A stretch of DNA of 63,676 bases, filler included, from Octopus bimaculoides (lineage: Eukaryota): NCBI RefSeq assembly GCF_001194135.2. It is 5 parts of 5 records of this genome, joined end to end, with 100 filler letters (N's around TTAATTAATTAA, not from the genome) between each part and the next. Parts side by side here need not be neighbours in the genome. Positions count along the whole stretch, not along the records: positions 42,831 to 57,275 come from NC_069007.1; positions 57,376 to 62,484 come from NC_069008.1; positions 62,585 to 63,676 come from NC_068984.1; 2 more parts are not named here. One strand, 5' to 3'. This document shows positions 49,116-62,770 of the stretch, piece after piece. The notes under the pieces are model-generated. The model had not been told where the DNA came from and did not search any database. It saw only the letters and a list, made by a program, of their open reading frames with translations. The translations under genes were made by a program, and so were the position numbers. Numbering within the stretch: position 1 is the stretch's first letter; each line of letters starts with the position of its first letter.

Positions 49116-50619
49116 AACATAGCGACGGGCGAACTGATGTTCTATCATGAGCGCATGAAAGTAGAGAAATATCTGGTCAACTTTTCAATGTTTTTTTGCC
49201 ACTGTTGATGAGAGCAATTCGGTTGTTTATAGCATTGAATATAGCTTTAAGGACCAGATTTTGTCCCCATTCAATGCCAGTGAGCAAATAGAAAGAATGT
49301 GTTTCAGTGTTCCGACATTTCAGCATCTGCCTATATCTCATTTCAGATAGGCCCCAAGACGGCACGCATATGTTGGATATTTTGTTTATTTGTATCGCAA
49401 TATGAACATAACAAATAGTTTGATACAAATAATATTTCAATGAACATGCATTAACATAAATTAAAATACAATATGTATAAGAGATGCCTACACTTGTTTC
49501 AATCTGGACAGTATGTGCTTCGAAATATTCGAACCATGTTAATTGTTTCAGATGCTAAAAACAGCAGCAAAGTGTCCGGGTATCTTCAGGGCTATCATAT
49601 TCATAGGAATACAAGCTGGTGGTAAAGAGCTTTCTAGAGAAGATTAATGCGAACTACATATTCATATGTTGAGGATCTACGTAATGTAAACATTAGTTTA
49701 TTAGAAGAGGGGGGCTGCTGATGGAGTAATAGTGAGAGATATTACCTAATCAAAGCTTTCTAAAAAAAAATAATTAGGATTTAAAAAAAAAGACGGTTAT
49801 GTGTTTAGATGGACAGTATAGATCCATTAAGAGAATATATGGTCGTTTAAGAGTTGCGAGAAACATAATGTAATGTAGTTAAGATATTGTGAAGACGCTA
49901 CGTACAAAGATTAAAGAGGGAAACAAGAAATAGTGAGTGATGGGATAGAAAATAAATAATTGATAATATTGAGAGAAATAAATTTGCTGGGGGGAAAATA
50001 ATGGAATAAGATTATAGTCAGATCAATAAGTGATTATGGATACATGATAAAAAGTATATGTGCAGATATTAATATTATTAAAGTTATGATTAGAAAGAAT
50101 AAGCTATATTGTATAGTTATGTAACAATTGGTATGAATTAAATTAAAGGTTCTCTAATAACAATTCGTATATCTTTACTTGTTAAGATCAATTAATGGTG
50201 GAGGGTATACATGTAAGATCAAATTTAAAAGTATTGCATTATCGTTCAGTTGTGAAGAAAATTTTCAATAATCATTTTAAGGAGCGATTAATGTTTTTAG
50301 GATTTGAATACACTAACAGTTACTTTCTATTTTGTGGAAAAGCTATTAGATTGATGAAAAAAATTACATTTACTTATATGAGGAATTAGAGGATTTGTGC
50401 AAAATAAATGCAAATATAAGTGGGTTTTTAAAAAATTTATTTTGGAAAACTTGTTCGAAATAATTTCCATAATTAGGAACAAGGGGTTAACTCTCTTTGT
50501 CTATTTCTGGTAAAGATTTTGGATTAAATGACAAATTAGAAAATAGGTATGTTGGGGAGATATAATTATTATTATGCAAGAAAAACATACTGTAGGTATA
50601 AGTATATATTACGTGTCAG

Positions 50620-51100
50620 GCAGCGCCTAGATGTTGTTGATATTCACAACATTCTACCATTCGGGCAATGGAATCAGTGGATGTTCTGCTTTAGAAATTT
50701 ATAGAGGATTTGTGGTGGAGAAGTGCGATGAGGTTCGCAGTGAGACCCTGAGTGCCGACGAGAACGAGCTGGCTAGTCTGTTGCGGAGGACTTCTCAGGC
50801 GGGAATAATCATGCATAATTTCCATATGTCCTTGGCCTGACAGTGCTACTGGGTGGCGCTACCTGTTCGAGATAACCTCTACAGGCACGAAAGGTGCTGT
50901 CGAACGGGCTTCTCCGAGGTGCGCAGTAAGTGAAGAAACCGTTCTGCACGAAGTCATTTGGTTTCCGGACATTGCTGACTTGTGGGGTTATTTCGAACAG
51001 CTGCTATCTCGTGTGGGACGGATCCGTCTGTCGGCTGAGCTTGTAGTGATGGTCGCACTGCCACCCTCTTTCACATCTTAACCGAGATGATGTGAAGATG
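50620..51100 (+). mobile_element. L1/Tx1-type ORF2 C-terminal (zinc-binding) fragment
   Basis: SLA*QCYWVALPVRDNLYRH / PRCAVSEETVLHEVIWFPDIADLWGYFEQLLSRVGRIRLSAE. Confidence 0.8.
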
Positions 51101-51417
51101 ACGAAGAATAAAAGAGACAAGTTGCATCATAACTGCAGGCAATTTGGCGTATCTATTATATAGATAGAAAGTATTGAGGGCCCACTAGTCGGCTCGGAAA
51201 TCAATACAGGAAATTAGTTCGACGGGAACGACTGATAGACACAAACGGCAGAGCAACATTATATAATAAGCTCTGCCGAAGCAATCGACTGTGAATTTTA
51301 TCACATCAACCAAGCATAGCAATATCGGTGATGACATCACACGAAAATTCACGTCAGTCTTTCATTCGTCTCTGAAATACTGGCTCTGTACAAGTAAATA
51401 CACACATCACATGTTCG

Positions 51418-51472
<55 letters not shown>

Positions 51473-52109
51473 TCACATATACGCGGAACGGAATCATTTA
51501 ATAAAGTGTTGCTCAGTATATGTGTAGGTATGCGTGTACGCTTCTGTCTGTGTCCATGTACGTGTGTATTATGATATATATGTGGGCGCTATCACGAACA
51601 AAAAGTAAGACCTCGATATGCAGACTACAACGAATATATTTATTATAACGTAACAAATAAATATGATTAAATTCTTATATCTTCATATTTCACGATAAAT
51701 GGTGCATTCTTTAGATGAATATGTTTCGTGCGAATGTTATTCTCTGAGATACTGGTTTAATTTAAGGTGCTCTTTATCTGAAGCATCAGGTTATCAATAT
51801 CTGTTTAGGCTTTGATAAACATAAATATTATTAGAGAAAAGCATCGGTTAATGTGTTTATACGTACATCAATCTGTGTTCGTTTGTCTAAAGGCGTGTAG
51901 CAATATTCAAACTGATTAAAATTTAGCGAGGAGATAATTCAATATGTTTCAGCAAATCGAGATATATTAACTTATCCCTTCTCCTCGTAATCCTTGTTAA
52001 TTTGAAGGGTCTAATATTAATGTTTAATCAAAAAAATCTTTATGATGTTTATATTCGTTGAATATTGTGTTTCTCATATTGAATCTGCTGTGGATGTTAC
52101 TCTTTTTCT

Positions 52110-52797
52110 ATTTCACGTGTTTCAGTCATTTGGCTGCGGCCATGCTGGAGCACCGCCTTTAGTCGAGCAAATCGACCCCCAGTACTTATTCTTTGTAAGC
52201 CTAGTACTTATTCTATTGGTCTCTTTTGCCGAACTGCTAAGTTGCGGGGACGTAAACACACCAGCATCGGTTNNNNNNNNNNNNNNNNNNNNNNNNNNNN
52301 NNNNNNNNNNNNNNNNNNNNNNNNNNNNNNNNNNNNNNNNNNNNNNNNNNNNNNNNNNNNNNNNNNNNNNNNNNNNNNNNNNNNNNNNNNNNNNNNNNNN
52401 NNNNNNNNNNNNNNNNNNNNNNNNNNNNNNNNNNNNNNNNNNNNNNNNNNNNNNNNNNNNNNNNNNNNNNNNNNNNNNNNNNNNNNNNNNNNNNNNNNNN
52501 NNNNNNNNNNNNNNNNNNNNNNNNNNNNNNNNNNNNNNNNNNNNNNNNNNNNNNNNNNNNNNNNNNNNNNNNNNNNNNNNNNNNNNNNNNNNNNNNNNNN
52601 NNNNNNNNNNNNNNNNNNNNNNNNNNNNNNNNATATACGACAGTCTTCTTTCAGTTTCCGTCTACCAAATCCACTCACAAAGCTTTGGTCGGCCTGAGGC
52701 TATAGTAGGAGACACTTGCCCAAAGTGCCACGCAGCGGGACTGAAACTGGAACCATTTGGTTTGTAAGTCAGCCACTTACCACACAGCCATTCCTAC
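52110..52797 (-). mobile_element. SINE family B spanning an N gap
   Basis: Family B tail left of the gap and head right of it. Confidence 0.85.
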
Positions 52798-54510
52798 GCT
52801 AAATAACATCTCAACTACCAACAAGGGGCCACACACAGAGGGGACAAAGAAGGACAGACAAACGGATTAAGTCGATTATATCGACTTCAGTGCGTAACTG
52901 GTACTCATTTAATCGACCCCGAAATGATGAAGGGCAAAATCGACCACGTCTCAGTTTCAACTGGCGGAAACTCGGCTAAGCAATTCTGTGTTAACAATTT
53001 CAGGAAAGACCTTTCACCAAAACATTATATTCGTATTGAATGGAGATATCCTCCTGGATTTATCTATTATACCCTCGCTTTTCGGTTCTTTTCTCAGCAT
53101 CATCACCACTTCTTTGCTTGCATCAACTTCAGACGGTATTTATGGATTACCTGCGAATATATAGATCTGAATTTGAAATGCTGATTGTCTTTATATTGTT
53201 CGTAAGTAACTGCTTTATAAATCTTAGAAATATGGTTCGTTAATATGTCAAAGTGCATCTTCAGAGTTTGCATATTCATAATTGTACAACATTTTAGACG
53301 GAGTTGTATATCTCGTAGAGAGTACTATATCAATTAGTTCTTATCAGAAGTTTTAAAACAAAATGTCGTCTCTGATGAATGAGACTCCCTTAAAACCTAC
53401 GTGTATATGTCGAGGTAGATAAGATAATCGTTACGGGGAGACGGTTGAATTAATTAGAACGGATAGAAGCCATTTTGAAAATACATCGTTTTAACGTTGA
53501 TGGTAAAACACAGCCACGGTCAATCAGTGATATTTCGGTGATGGAGCTCTGGAGGTCGTTTGTGCATTTCCTGAAAATGCGCAATAGGGTCATTTTAATC
53601 GAATGTGAAGTGAGACTGGTAGATGTTGTAATGTCTTGGCGGTTATATAAATTGATTTCTTTCGGTTTTCGTTTAGACAGTTAAACTGATGGTAAATTGT
53701 GGTCGGTTTATCAGCAAGGATTCTGCTTACAGTGCAATCTTGATTAAGGTAAGTCGGACAGAAAGATTCTGTAAAAGTAATTAGATATGCTTTTGGCATG
53801 GGACCAAAAATTACCAAAACTTATTCTCTAACCGTTTATTATCAGTAATATTGTATATAAAAATACGAAAATATATAAAAATAATAATAATGACGAAATA
53901 ATATAAAATATTGATTCGATAAATAAACAAAGAAGAAATATTTGTAAACAGGAATTATCGTAGACAAAATTTTTAGCATATTTTTGGTAATTCTCCAATA
54001 TTGGCAGAATGAAGGAAACCAGCAGACAACACCGTTCCTTGAAGCTAGCAGCTAAAATCATCAGGTGAGAAATGAAAAATTTCTTTTCAACTGAACGGAC
54101 AATTCTGCTAAAACATCTGAAATGGTAATCGAATCATCGAAGACTTCAATTGAAATGAATTAAGCGCGATTTTCGACAGCACGTGGAGACCATTAACATA
54201 GTAAAAGTTAATTTGATAAAACTATAATGAATCACTAATTTCAGATCGTATGTTGAAAGAACGTATGTACACACAGAAACACACACACACACACAACGCA
54301 CACACAACACACACACACTCACAACACGCAACACACACAGTTGTATGCACGAAGGCACACACACACACACATACATATATACATACAAGCATACATAGGT
54401 ACGTACATACCTAAATGTCTGTGTGTATGTTGATGTTTGTGCACGCGTCAATGAATACACTGTCTGTGTGCAACATATTCAACCACTGATATTCAACCAC
54501 TGATACGGAT

Positions 54511-54555
<45 letters not shown>

Positions 54556-54938
54556 AACATACATACAGATATAATACATACATACGTACATACATACATA
54601 TATATATATGCATTTATACACATATACGCATGTATTGAGTAGGTGAGCATGTGTCTAGAAATATAGAAATACATACACACCTATATATATATATATNNNN
54701 NNNNNNNNNNNNNNNNNNNNNNNNNNNNNNNNNNNNNNNNNNNNNNNNNNNNNNNNNNNNNNNNNNNNNNNNNNNNNNNNNNNNNNNNNNNNNNNNNNNN
54801 NNNNNNNNNNNNNNNNNNNNNNNNNNNNNNNNNNNNNNNNNNNNNNNNNNNNNNNNNNNNNNNNNNNNNNNNNNNNNNNNNNNNNNNNNNNNNNNNNNNN
54901 NNNNNNNNNNNNNNNNNNNNNNNNNNNNNNNNNNNNNN

Positions 54939-54980
<42 letters not shown>

Positions 54981-55456
54981 CCCTTTTACTGTCTTCGTCG
55001 GGTTTACAAATATATAATGCCATGCGTGTGCTGGAATGGAAGCTAGAAAGAGATATTTGAACAATTGGTCCATTGATACTATTATTGATTCCAGGAATAT
55101 TAGTTTGCCAACCTAAGCACGCAATGCTAATATAATGCAAAGTAAATAATGGTGAATTTGAAAATGGTAAAATACGTTACCTTAACAGAAAGACACACAA
55201 AAAAAACAAACAAATCAAACAGCAAAAGTCAAACAATAATATAAGCAATCAAGGAAATATATATATATATATACGTGTGTGCATACGCGCGTGCGTGTGT
55301 ACATGCGTGTGTGTTTGTGTGTGAGTGTGTGTGTGTGTATGTGTTGTTATTTGGTTTACTTTATTGAAAATACTTAAATTAGTTTATATCTCAATTTTGA
55401 AATATAGAGAAACCAATGTATACATACATATATACGTTCATATGTACATTATAGAC

Positions 55457-55490
<34 letters not shown>

Positions 55491-56446
55491 ATACGTATAT
55501 GGATATATATCTTTATGTTTACATGTATACATATGTATGTATATATTTATGTATATGTGCATACGCAATGCTGAAAGTTCGCATGTGATAAAATATATTC
55601 CTGTGTTTGTACAGGATATATAATTATATGTATGTATGTATGTATGTATGTTTGCATGTATGTATATGTAATGTACATCAGGCGCAGCTCACTTTCGTCT
55701 AAAAGTCATTTCAAGATTTTAATTTGATACAAAATTTAAACTGAATATTCGGGCAAAGGGAAAGAACCCTGTAATACAGAAATGCAGCAATTATTTCAGT
55801 CAGTTGCTCTTAAATATATGGTTCCTTTCTACGTCTTGCCGTTAGCTTATATAGGTATGTATATATATATATATGCTATTGGTATGCTACTGGTTTCAGC
55901 CTAAGTAAATTAAGATTTAGTCATACTCAAAGGAAGAGATAATAAATTGAAATGGAATTAAATCAAATCAAAATGATCTTTCGTGGTATCAATTCAGGAT
56001 TTTCATGTTCTAATAATATTGTCATAAGGCAGTGAGTTCATGAATCTTTAGGCCACCGGATAAAATACCTAGCGATATTTCTGTACCTTACATTCTGTAC
56101 CTTAAATACATCCTGTACCTTAAATAGCGCCGACGAGAGGGTATTTCCTTTCATTCTCACGGTGTCAATAAAAAGGTGACTTTCAAACTTTTCGCAGTCG
56201 ATATAATAAGGACCATTTGAAAAGTGGTGTTTGATGCAATAGGCTTACCACTAAACATAAAATTATTTACCTTATGGCGAAATTTGAAACCATTCTAATT
56301 ATTATTCGAAGTAGTAGTTCTTTTAGTGATAATTGTTGTAATAACAATTCCAGTAGTGTTAGTGTTAATATTAATAATAATATTATCTCTGTCATAATTC
56401 ACGTTATTATTTTTCAATAATAATAATAATGTTAATGATAACAGCT

Positions 56447-56655
56447 AAGGTGGTGAGCTGGCAGAAACGTTAGCTACCTGGACGTAATGCTTAGTTCTAC
56501 TTCGCCGAGGTCGACATTGCTTTTCATCCTTTCGGGGTCGATAAATTAAGTACCAGTGAAACACTGGAGACGATGTAATTCACTAGTCCTCTCCCACCTG
56601 ATGTGAGGCCTTGTGCCTCCAGTAAAAAGGATTATTATTATTATTATTATTATTA

Positions 56656-56695
<40 letters not shown>

Positions 56696-56901
56696 CATTA
56701 TGTGAGATAAGGCAGTGAGCTCGCAGAATCGTTAGCACGATGGGCAAACTGCTTGGCGATATTTCGCATGTCACTACGTTCTGAGTTCAAATTCCACCGA
56801 GGTCGATTTTGCCTTTTATTCTTTCGGGGTCGATAAATAAAATAGCAGTGAAACACTGGGGTCGATGTAATCGACTCATCTCCTCTCCCCAAATCGCTGG
56901 C

Positions 56902-56905
<4 letters not shown>
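56447..56905 (+). mobile_element. Two adjacent SINE family D copies, each followed by an (ATT)n tail
   Basis: gagctggcagaaacgttagc...ctttcggggtcgataaa repeated at ~56447 and ~56708. Confidence 0.85.
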
Positions 56906-56937
<32 letters not shown>

Positions 56938-56939
56938 TT

Positions 56940-56971
<32 letters not shown>

Positions 56972-57375
56972 ATCATCTCCTGTCATACTGTTTTATCAAA
57001 CAAAAATACAGTGATAGTGAATAAGTCTATCAAAATATAACAGAGTCTGAAATATATTTTAGTTGCTGTAAAAATAAAATGATTCCACACCTACACATTC
57101 ATAGAATTGTAAAAAAAAAACTATATATATATTATTATATTATAAGGAAATACGAGGAATATATCAAATATATTTATATCGAATTTATTTATGCCGGCAG
57201 ATCGATTTCGAAATGATATATATGAGCAAGTGTGCGCATTTACTGTGTATATAGGCGTAAGTAACCTCTGTACATNNNNNNNNNNNNNNNNNNNNNNNNN
57301 NNNNNNNNNNNNNNNNNNNTTAATTAATTAANNNNNNNNNNNNNNNNNNNNNNNNNNNNNNNNNNNNNNNNNNNN

Positions 57376-57725
57376 ATCATAGATATAGCATGCCCAGCAG
57401 ACAACAAGGTATGCGATAAGGAAGAAAGAAAAGTCGATAGATATGACAGGTTAGCTTGGGAAGTTAAGCAGTTGTGGTCGATGAAAAAGGTAGCAGTAGT
57501 ACCAAAATTTGTCGAAGCCCTGGGAACAGTGAGTAAAAATCTTGAGAAGTATGTGGAACAAATAGGGGCTGCAATAAGGGTGGAGTACTTGCAGAAAACA
57601 GCACTGCTTGGAACCGCTCGAATACTCCAGAAGGTGCTCGAAAAATAAGAGGTGTTACCTTAGTTCACTGGTAGTAAACAGCTGACACTGTAGTACATCT
57701 CCAGCGTTAGAAGCTGTGCAAAGGC

Positions 57726-57730
<5 letters not shown>
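57376..57730 (+). mobile_element. 3' end of an R4/Dong-type non-LTR retrotransposon with restriction-like endonuclease, ending in (TAA)n
   Basis: Uninterrupted 90 codons IIDIACPADNKVCDKEERKVDRYDRLAWEVKQLWSM...LQKTALLGTARILQKVLEK* (stop 57646-57648), short 3'UTR, then TAA repeats. Confidence 0.85.
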
Positions 57731-57775
<45 letters not shown>

Positions 57776-59382
57776 CAACAACAACAACAACAATAATAAT
57801 CCTATCTGCTACAGGCCCAACGCCTGAAATTTCGGGCCAATGTTCAACTGGTGCTTGTTTTATCGTCCCCGATAGGCAAAGTCGAATCCGGTGGCATTTG
57901 AACTCGGAACGTAAAGATTGTATAGTGCCCGGCGCATTCTCGATTCTCCCAGCTCGCCGCCTTTTACAGGCTACTAATATAAGATTTAGAAAGTTAAAAA
58001 ATATGCACCTGATTGTAGATGAAAACCATGCGCAGTAGAGCTATGTTATGTCTTTAAATGAAGCCGAATGACTGGAAAACCTTGGTAAGTTTTACTATAG
58101 AACCAAATTTCCTAAAGTCACGCTACAATATGATCACGATTCTGCAACCTTTGTTTGATATGTACAAATCAATAGTTTTCTGATTGAAAATTATTGTCGT
58201 CTGCTTGAAAATTATTATCGTCTGCTTCAAGATGAAGGCGAGCTTTATTCTTTGAAAACCCCGTTTGTAGTCTCATTAAACGGATGCAATCTTTCACGAG
58301 AGAAAGATTACAAAAGGAATCGCAAACAGGCATTGCTGGAGATTTTAGTTTATAACCACAGCTCCAACAAGTGGAACGGACGGAATTTTCGATAACATTG
58401 AGCTAGAAGAGTCGTCAGAGGATCAGACAAAAATGCATTGTGGTATATCTTGCATTTTTTTTGTTTGTTTTTTTCTGGGTTTTCACATTCTGAGTTCAAA
58501 AACCAGTGGCATCAACCTTGCTTTCAAACTTCCATGGTCAGCAAAATAAAAGACCAACCAAGTACTGATTTTCGTTGCCTCAGCTATCCCCCTCCCCTCA
58601 AATTTGTTAGTCTGATGCCAAAATCCGAAACATTTATTATTGGAGTTCTTTTATTTTTTATTTGTTTCAGTCTTTAGACTGCGGCCATGCTGGGGGAACC
58701 GCCTCGAATGAATAGACCACAATAATAATATTTTTAAAGCCTGGAACGTATGCTATCAGTCTCTCATGCCGAACCGCTAAATTTGTTTTTTTTTTCTTTT
58801 GGCTNNNNNNNNNNNNNNNNNNNNNNNNNNNNNNNNNNNNNNNNNNNNNNNNNNNNNNNNNNNNNNNNNNNNNNNNNNNNNNNNNNNNNNNNNNNNNNNN
58901 NNNNNNNNNNNNNNNNNNNNNNNNNNNNNNNNNNNNNNNNNNNNNNNNNNNNNNNNNNNNNNNNNNNNNNNNNNNNNNNNNNNNNNNNNNNNNNNNNNNN
59001 NNNNNNNNNNNNNNNNNNNNNNNNNNNNNNNNNNNNNNNNNNNNNNNNNNNNNNNNNNNNNNNNNNNNNNNNNNNNNNNNNNNNNNNNNNNNNNNNNNNN
59101 NNNNNNNNNNNNNNNNNNNNNNNNNNNNNNNNNNNNNNNNNNNNNNNNNNNNNNNNNNNNNNNNNNNNNNNNNNNNNNNNNNNNNNNNNNNNNNNNNNNN
59201 NNNNNNNNNNNNNNNNNNNNNNNNNNNNNNNNNNNNNNNNNNNNNNNNNNNNNNNNNNNNNNNNNNNNNNNNNNNNNNNNNNNNNNNNNNNNNNNNNNNN
59301 NNNNNNNNNNNNNNNNNNNNNNNNNNNNNNNNNNNNNNNNNNNNNNNNNNNNNNNNNNNNNTATATATATACTCTTTTACTC

Positions 59383-59735
59383 TTTTACTTGTTTCAGTCA
59401 TTTGACTGCGGTCATGCTGGAGCACCGCCTTTAGTCGAGCAAATCGCCCCACGGGACTTATTCTTTGTAAGCCTAGTACTTATTCCATCGTCTCTTTTGC
59501 CGAACCGCTAAGTTATGGGGACGTAAACACACCAGCATCGGTTGTCAAGCGATGTTGGGGGACAAACGCAGACACACAAACATATACACACACACATACA
59601 TACGTATATATATATACACATGTATACGACGAGCTTCTTTCAGTTTCCGTCTGCCAAATCCACTCGCAAGGCTTTGGTTGGCCCGAGGCTATAATAGAAG
59701 ACACTTGCCCAAGGTGTCACGCAGTGGGACTGAAC
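59383..59735 (-). mobile_element. SINE family B, CpG-retaining copy
   Basis: Nearly complete family B body. Confidence 0.88.
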
Positions 59736-59908
59736 CATATATATATGTATATATATTTGTTTGTCTACACCACCTATCTTCGTCCTTTGTTTTTGTGAAT
59801 TCTCCCTATATATATGCATACATTTATATAACATATATATACATACACACAAAACACACACACACATACATATATATGTGTGTGTGTGTGTACATTCATA
59901 TATATATA

Positions 59909-60097
59909 CTCGGCAATGATACTTCGGTCTCGTGCCATTTCCGCTCTACCGGTCATTCACTACAACACCTGTCTGTGTTCGGATTGTCCTTGCACAGGGG
60001 CCATCCGGACTCCCGCCTTCGCCGCGTACAGATATTAATCTTCTCTCTTCGCTTCTTTGCGCCACATAGGCTCAACTTCCCTTCTCTCTTCATCTGA
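59909..60097 (+). mobile_element. Penelope-like GIY-YIG C-terminal fragment (different family from 3046-4480)
   Basis: LGNDTSVSCHFRSTGHSLQHLSVFGL...RRVQILIFSLRFFAPHRLN matches the HF...HS...V.GL...LI..L.T..P.GLN pattern; starts at a TA tract. Confidence 0.7.
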
Positions 60098-60807
60098 CTC
60101 CCCCCTCTCCTCTCTTCACTCCTACTAACCTCAGAGAATGCTAAAAATTACAATGCTGATATCCCTAGATATCGTACGGAAGACGTTGGGGATTATGGGT
60201 TAATATTGTCTCTAAAGCCATCTCAATTTTGGCGTTCGACCGGTACAAAAAAGCTAACCCGTCGTCTCTATATAAGCATCTATCTAATGTTGTATATTAA
60301 TTACTTGAAATTATATGATGTATATCTCAACCATATCAAACGATTTCATGCAATCGTCAGCAGAATTTTTTTTTATTTGTTCACTCGACGGGATTTTTGT
60401 GAGAGAGCAACGTTCGCTCTGAATTTTTTTCTGTGGGTGTGAGCAGATATTTGCATTGTTGGCAAATATTGTTTTTCTTGGTTATCTATGTGTGCATCGA
60501 CGCGAGTAACCATCACTCAGATTTCTTGAATTATAAAAAAAAATCTAATTTCATCATAAAAAATTTTGTGTGCACACATTCTTTTCGTTTCTAAATTGTA
60601 AAACATGTGTGCACGAACACGAGCGCAACAGATTAGAGGTAACAATACTAGAGAGTGGTATTTTATTCTGACATTTACGATTATTTTTATAGCACAATCA
60701 TTTATAGAGCTACATTAAATGTTAAGGCGCTGGTGAGAAGTATTTGAAGACGGAGAGAAATAAAAAAAAAAAAAAAAGCAAAAACAATATTGAATACATA
60801 TATATAA

Positions 60808-60950
60808 TAGGCATTGGCATGGCTGTGTGGTAAGAAGCTTGCTTCCTAAACACATGGCTCCAGGTTCAGCCCCACTGCGTGGCACCTTCAGCAAGTGTTT
60901 TCTACTATTGCTTCGAGTCGACCAAAGCCATGTAAGTGGATTTAGTAGAG
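60808..60950 (+). mobile_element. SINE family B 5' part
   Basis: ggcatggctgtgtggtaagaagcttgcttcc...ggcaccttcagcaagtg. Confidence 0.8.
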
Positions 60951-60956
60951 GAAGAC

Positions 60957-61395
60957 TTTCCATGACTTTGCTGATGTGTGAAGTCAGAGAGATAGCCCTA
61001 CAGTTTTTGGCATCTGCTCTGCTTCCTTCTTTATGGATTGGGCATACTATTCCCTCCTTCAGTTTACTTGACAACCAGCCATCTGTAAGAAAGCTCTGGA
61101 AGATAATTTGTAGTGGTTTCGCCAGGGACTTTTCGCTACTTTCGGAGTGTTGGTTGAGGCGATTTGCAACCTTCGTCCGTCGTCTCATGAGGATCTTCCT
61201 CTGCCTTGGAATCTTGTTCCTTTTTGTGTTGACCTTGTGCTCTGGAACATATTTCTGGCATATGGTTTGCATAACAGACATGAAATATTCCAGTTTCATG
61301 GCAATTTCTGGTATGGAGAGACATTTCCGCCAGTCCTGTCTGAGGATCTCTTTTTGGATCGATTTCCAGTCTGCTTTGTGGAAGTTCAGTATATA
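60957..61395 (-). mobile_element. CR1-type LINE ORF2 fragment with an in-frame internal deletion
   Basis: LNFHKADWKSI...KYVP...RRRTKVANRL joined to SLAKPLQIIFQSFL...VCPIHKEGSRADAKNCRAISLTSHISKVME. Confidence 0.85.
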
Positions 61396-61964
61396 NNNNN
61401 NNNNNNNNNNNNNNNNNNNNNNNNNNNNNNNNNNNNNNNNNNNNNNNNNNNNNNNNNNNNNNNNNNNNNNNNNNNNNNNNNNNNNNNNNNNNNNNNNNNN
61501 NNNNNNNNNNNNNNNNNNNNNNNNNNNNNNNNNNNNNNNNNNNNNNNNNNNNNNNNNNNNNNNNNNNNNNNNNNNNNNNNNNNNNNNNNNNNNNNNNNNN
61601 NNNNNNNNNNNNNNNNNNNNNNNNNNNNNNNNNNNNNNNNNNNNNNNNNNNNNNNNNNNNNNNNNNNNNNNNNNNNNNNNNNNNNNNNNNNNNNNNNNNN
61701 NNNNNNNNNNNNNNNNNNNNNNNNNNNNNNNNNNNNNNNNNNNNNNNNNNNNNNNNNNNNNNNNNNNNNNNNNNATATATACGCACATACGTATATATAC
61801 GTGTATATACATACATTGTTTCTTTCTATTTCTCTCTCTCTCTCTCTCTTCTCCATTTTTTTCTCTTTTAGTACATGAAAGTGTTTTTAAAGAAGAAAGT
61901 AATACATGTATACACACTCAAACACAAACATGCGTACAATATATACTGTACATACATACGTACA

Positions 61965-61992
61965 AACATACGTACGTACATACATACATACA

Positions 61993-62026
<34 letters not shown>

Positions 62027-62035
62027 CATACAGAC
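61965..62035. repeat. (TACA)n tetranucleotide microsatellite, one of many TA/CA/GA/TACA tracts in the window
   Basis: Seen directly. Confidence 0.95.
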
Positions 62036-62643
62036 AGACAAGCAGACAGGCAGATAGGCAAAGAGACAGACAGGCAGAGAGACAGACAGGCAGAGAGACA
62101 GGCAGGGAGACAGAGAGAGAGGGGGGTAGGCGGAGGAAGAGAGGAACAGACCAACCGACCGACCAACCAACCGACTGAGCCTATCAAAACAACCGCTATC
62201 AACACAGAGAAAGGTGAGACAGAGAAACAAAGATTGTAGGAGAGAGAGAGAGAGAGGGTGCGAAGGAATGTGGGGGTAAGTGATTGTATGATAGAGAGAG
62301 AGAGTGGGAGAGAAGGGAGAGAGGAGGAGGAGGAAGGGGATGATGAGAGGAAAGATGAGGTGCAGATTAATTTGGTCGTTCATGTTGATCCAGTGTCTTT
62401 CTTTTTTGTTTGTTTTTTTTTTTTGTTTTTTCAGTGAGTGAAAAAAAAGTCAAAGAGAGTTGTTGTCAATTTTCTGGTCGTGAANNNNNNNNNNNNNNNN
62501 NNNNNNNNNNNNNNNNNNNNNNNNNNNNTTAATTAATTAANNNNNNNNNNNNNNNNNNNNNNNNNNNNNNNNNNNNNNNNNNNNAAGACACGTGGTATAG
62601 ACAACAAACAGATGTATAAGCATAATGCTCTTGAATTGAAAAA

Positions 62644-62681
62644 GTCTTCAACGTTTCGAGCCTACGCTCTTCTACAAAAAG
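62644..62681 (-). ncRNA. Second, more decayed hammerhead-like motif of the same repeat family
   Basis: rc: CCTTT TTGTAGA A GAGC-GTAG-GCTC GAAA CG TT GAAGA. Confidence 0.5.
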
Positions 62682-62737
62682 GAACACAGAAAGAAACAAG
62701 GAGAGAGAAAAATGTGTGTAGCGGTTACCGATCTATC

Positions 62738-62770
<33 letters not shown>

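Noticed and set aside
49130-49175. CTGATG...GAAAGT as another hammerhead
   Set aside because: Core lacks G8-A9 in register, and no stem I or stem II can be drawn.
56070-56130. Short tandem ctgtacctta x3 (and a 21-bp tandem near 58190) as CRISPR-like or regulatory arrays
   Set aside because: Too few units, no regular unique spacers, eukaryotic context; ordinary slippage duplications.
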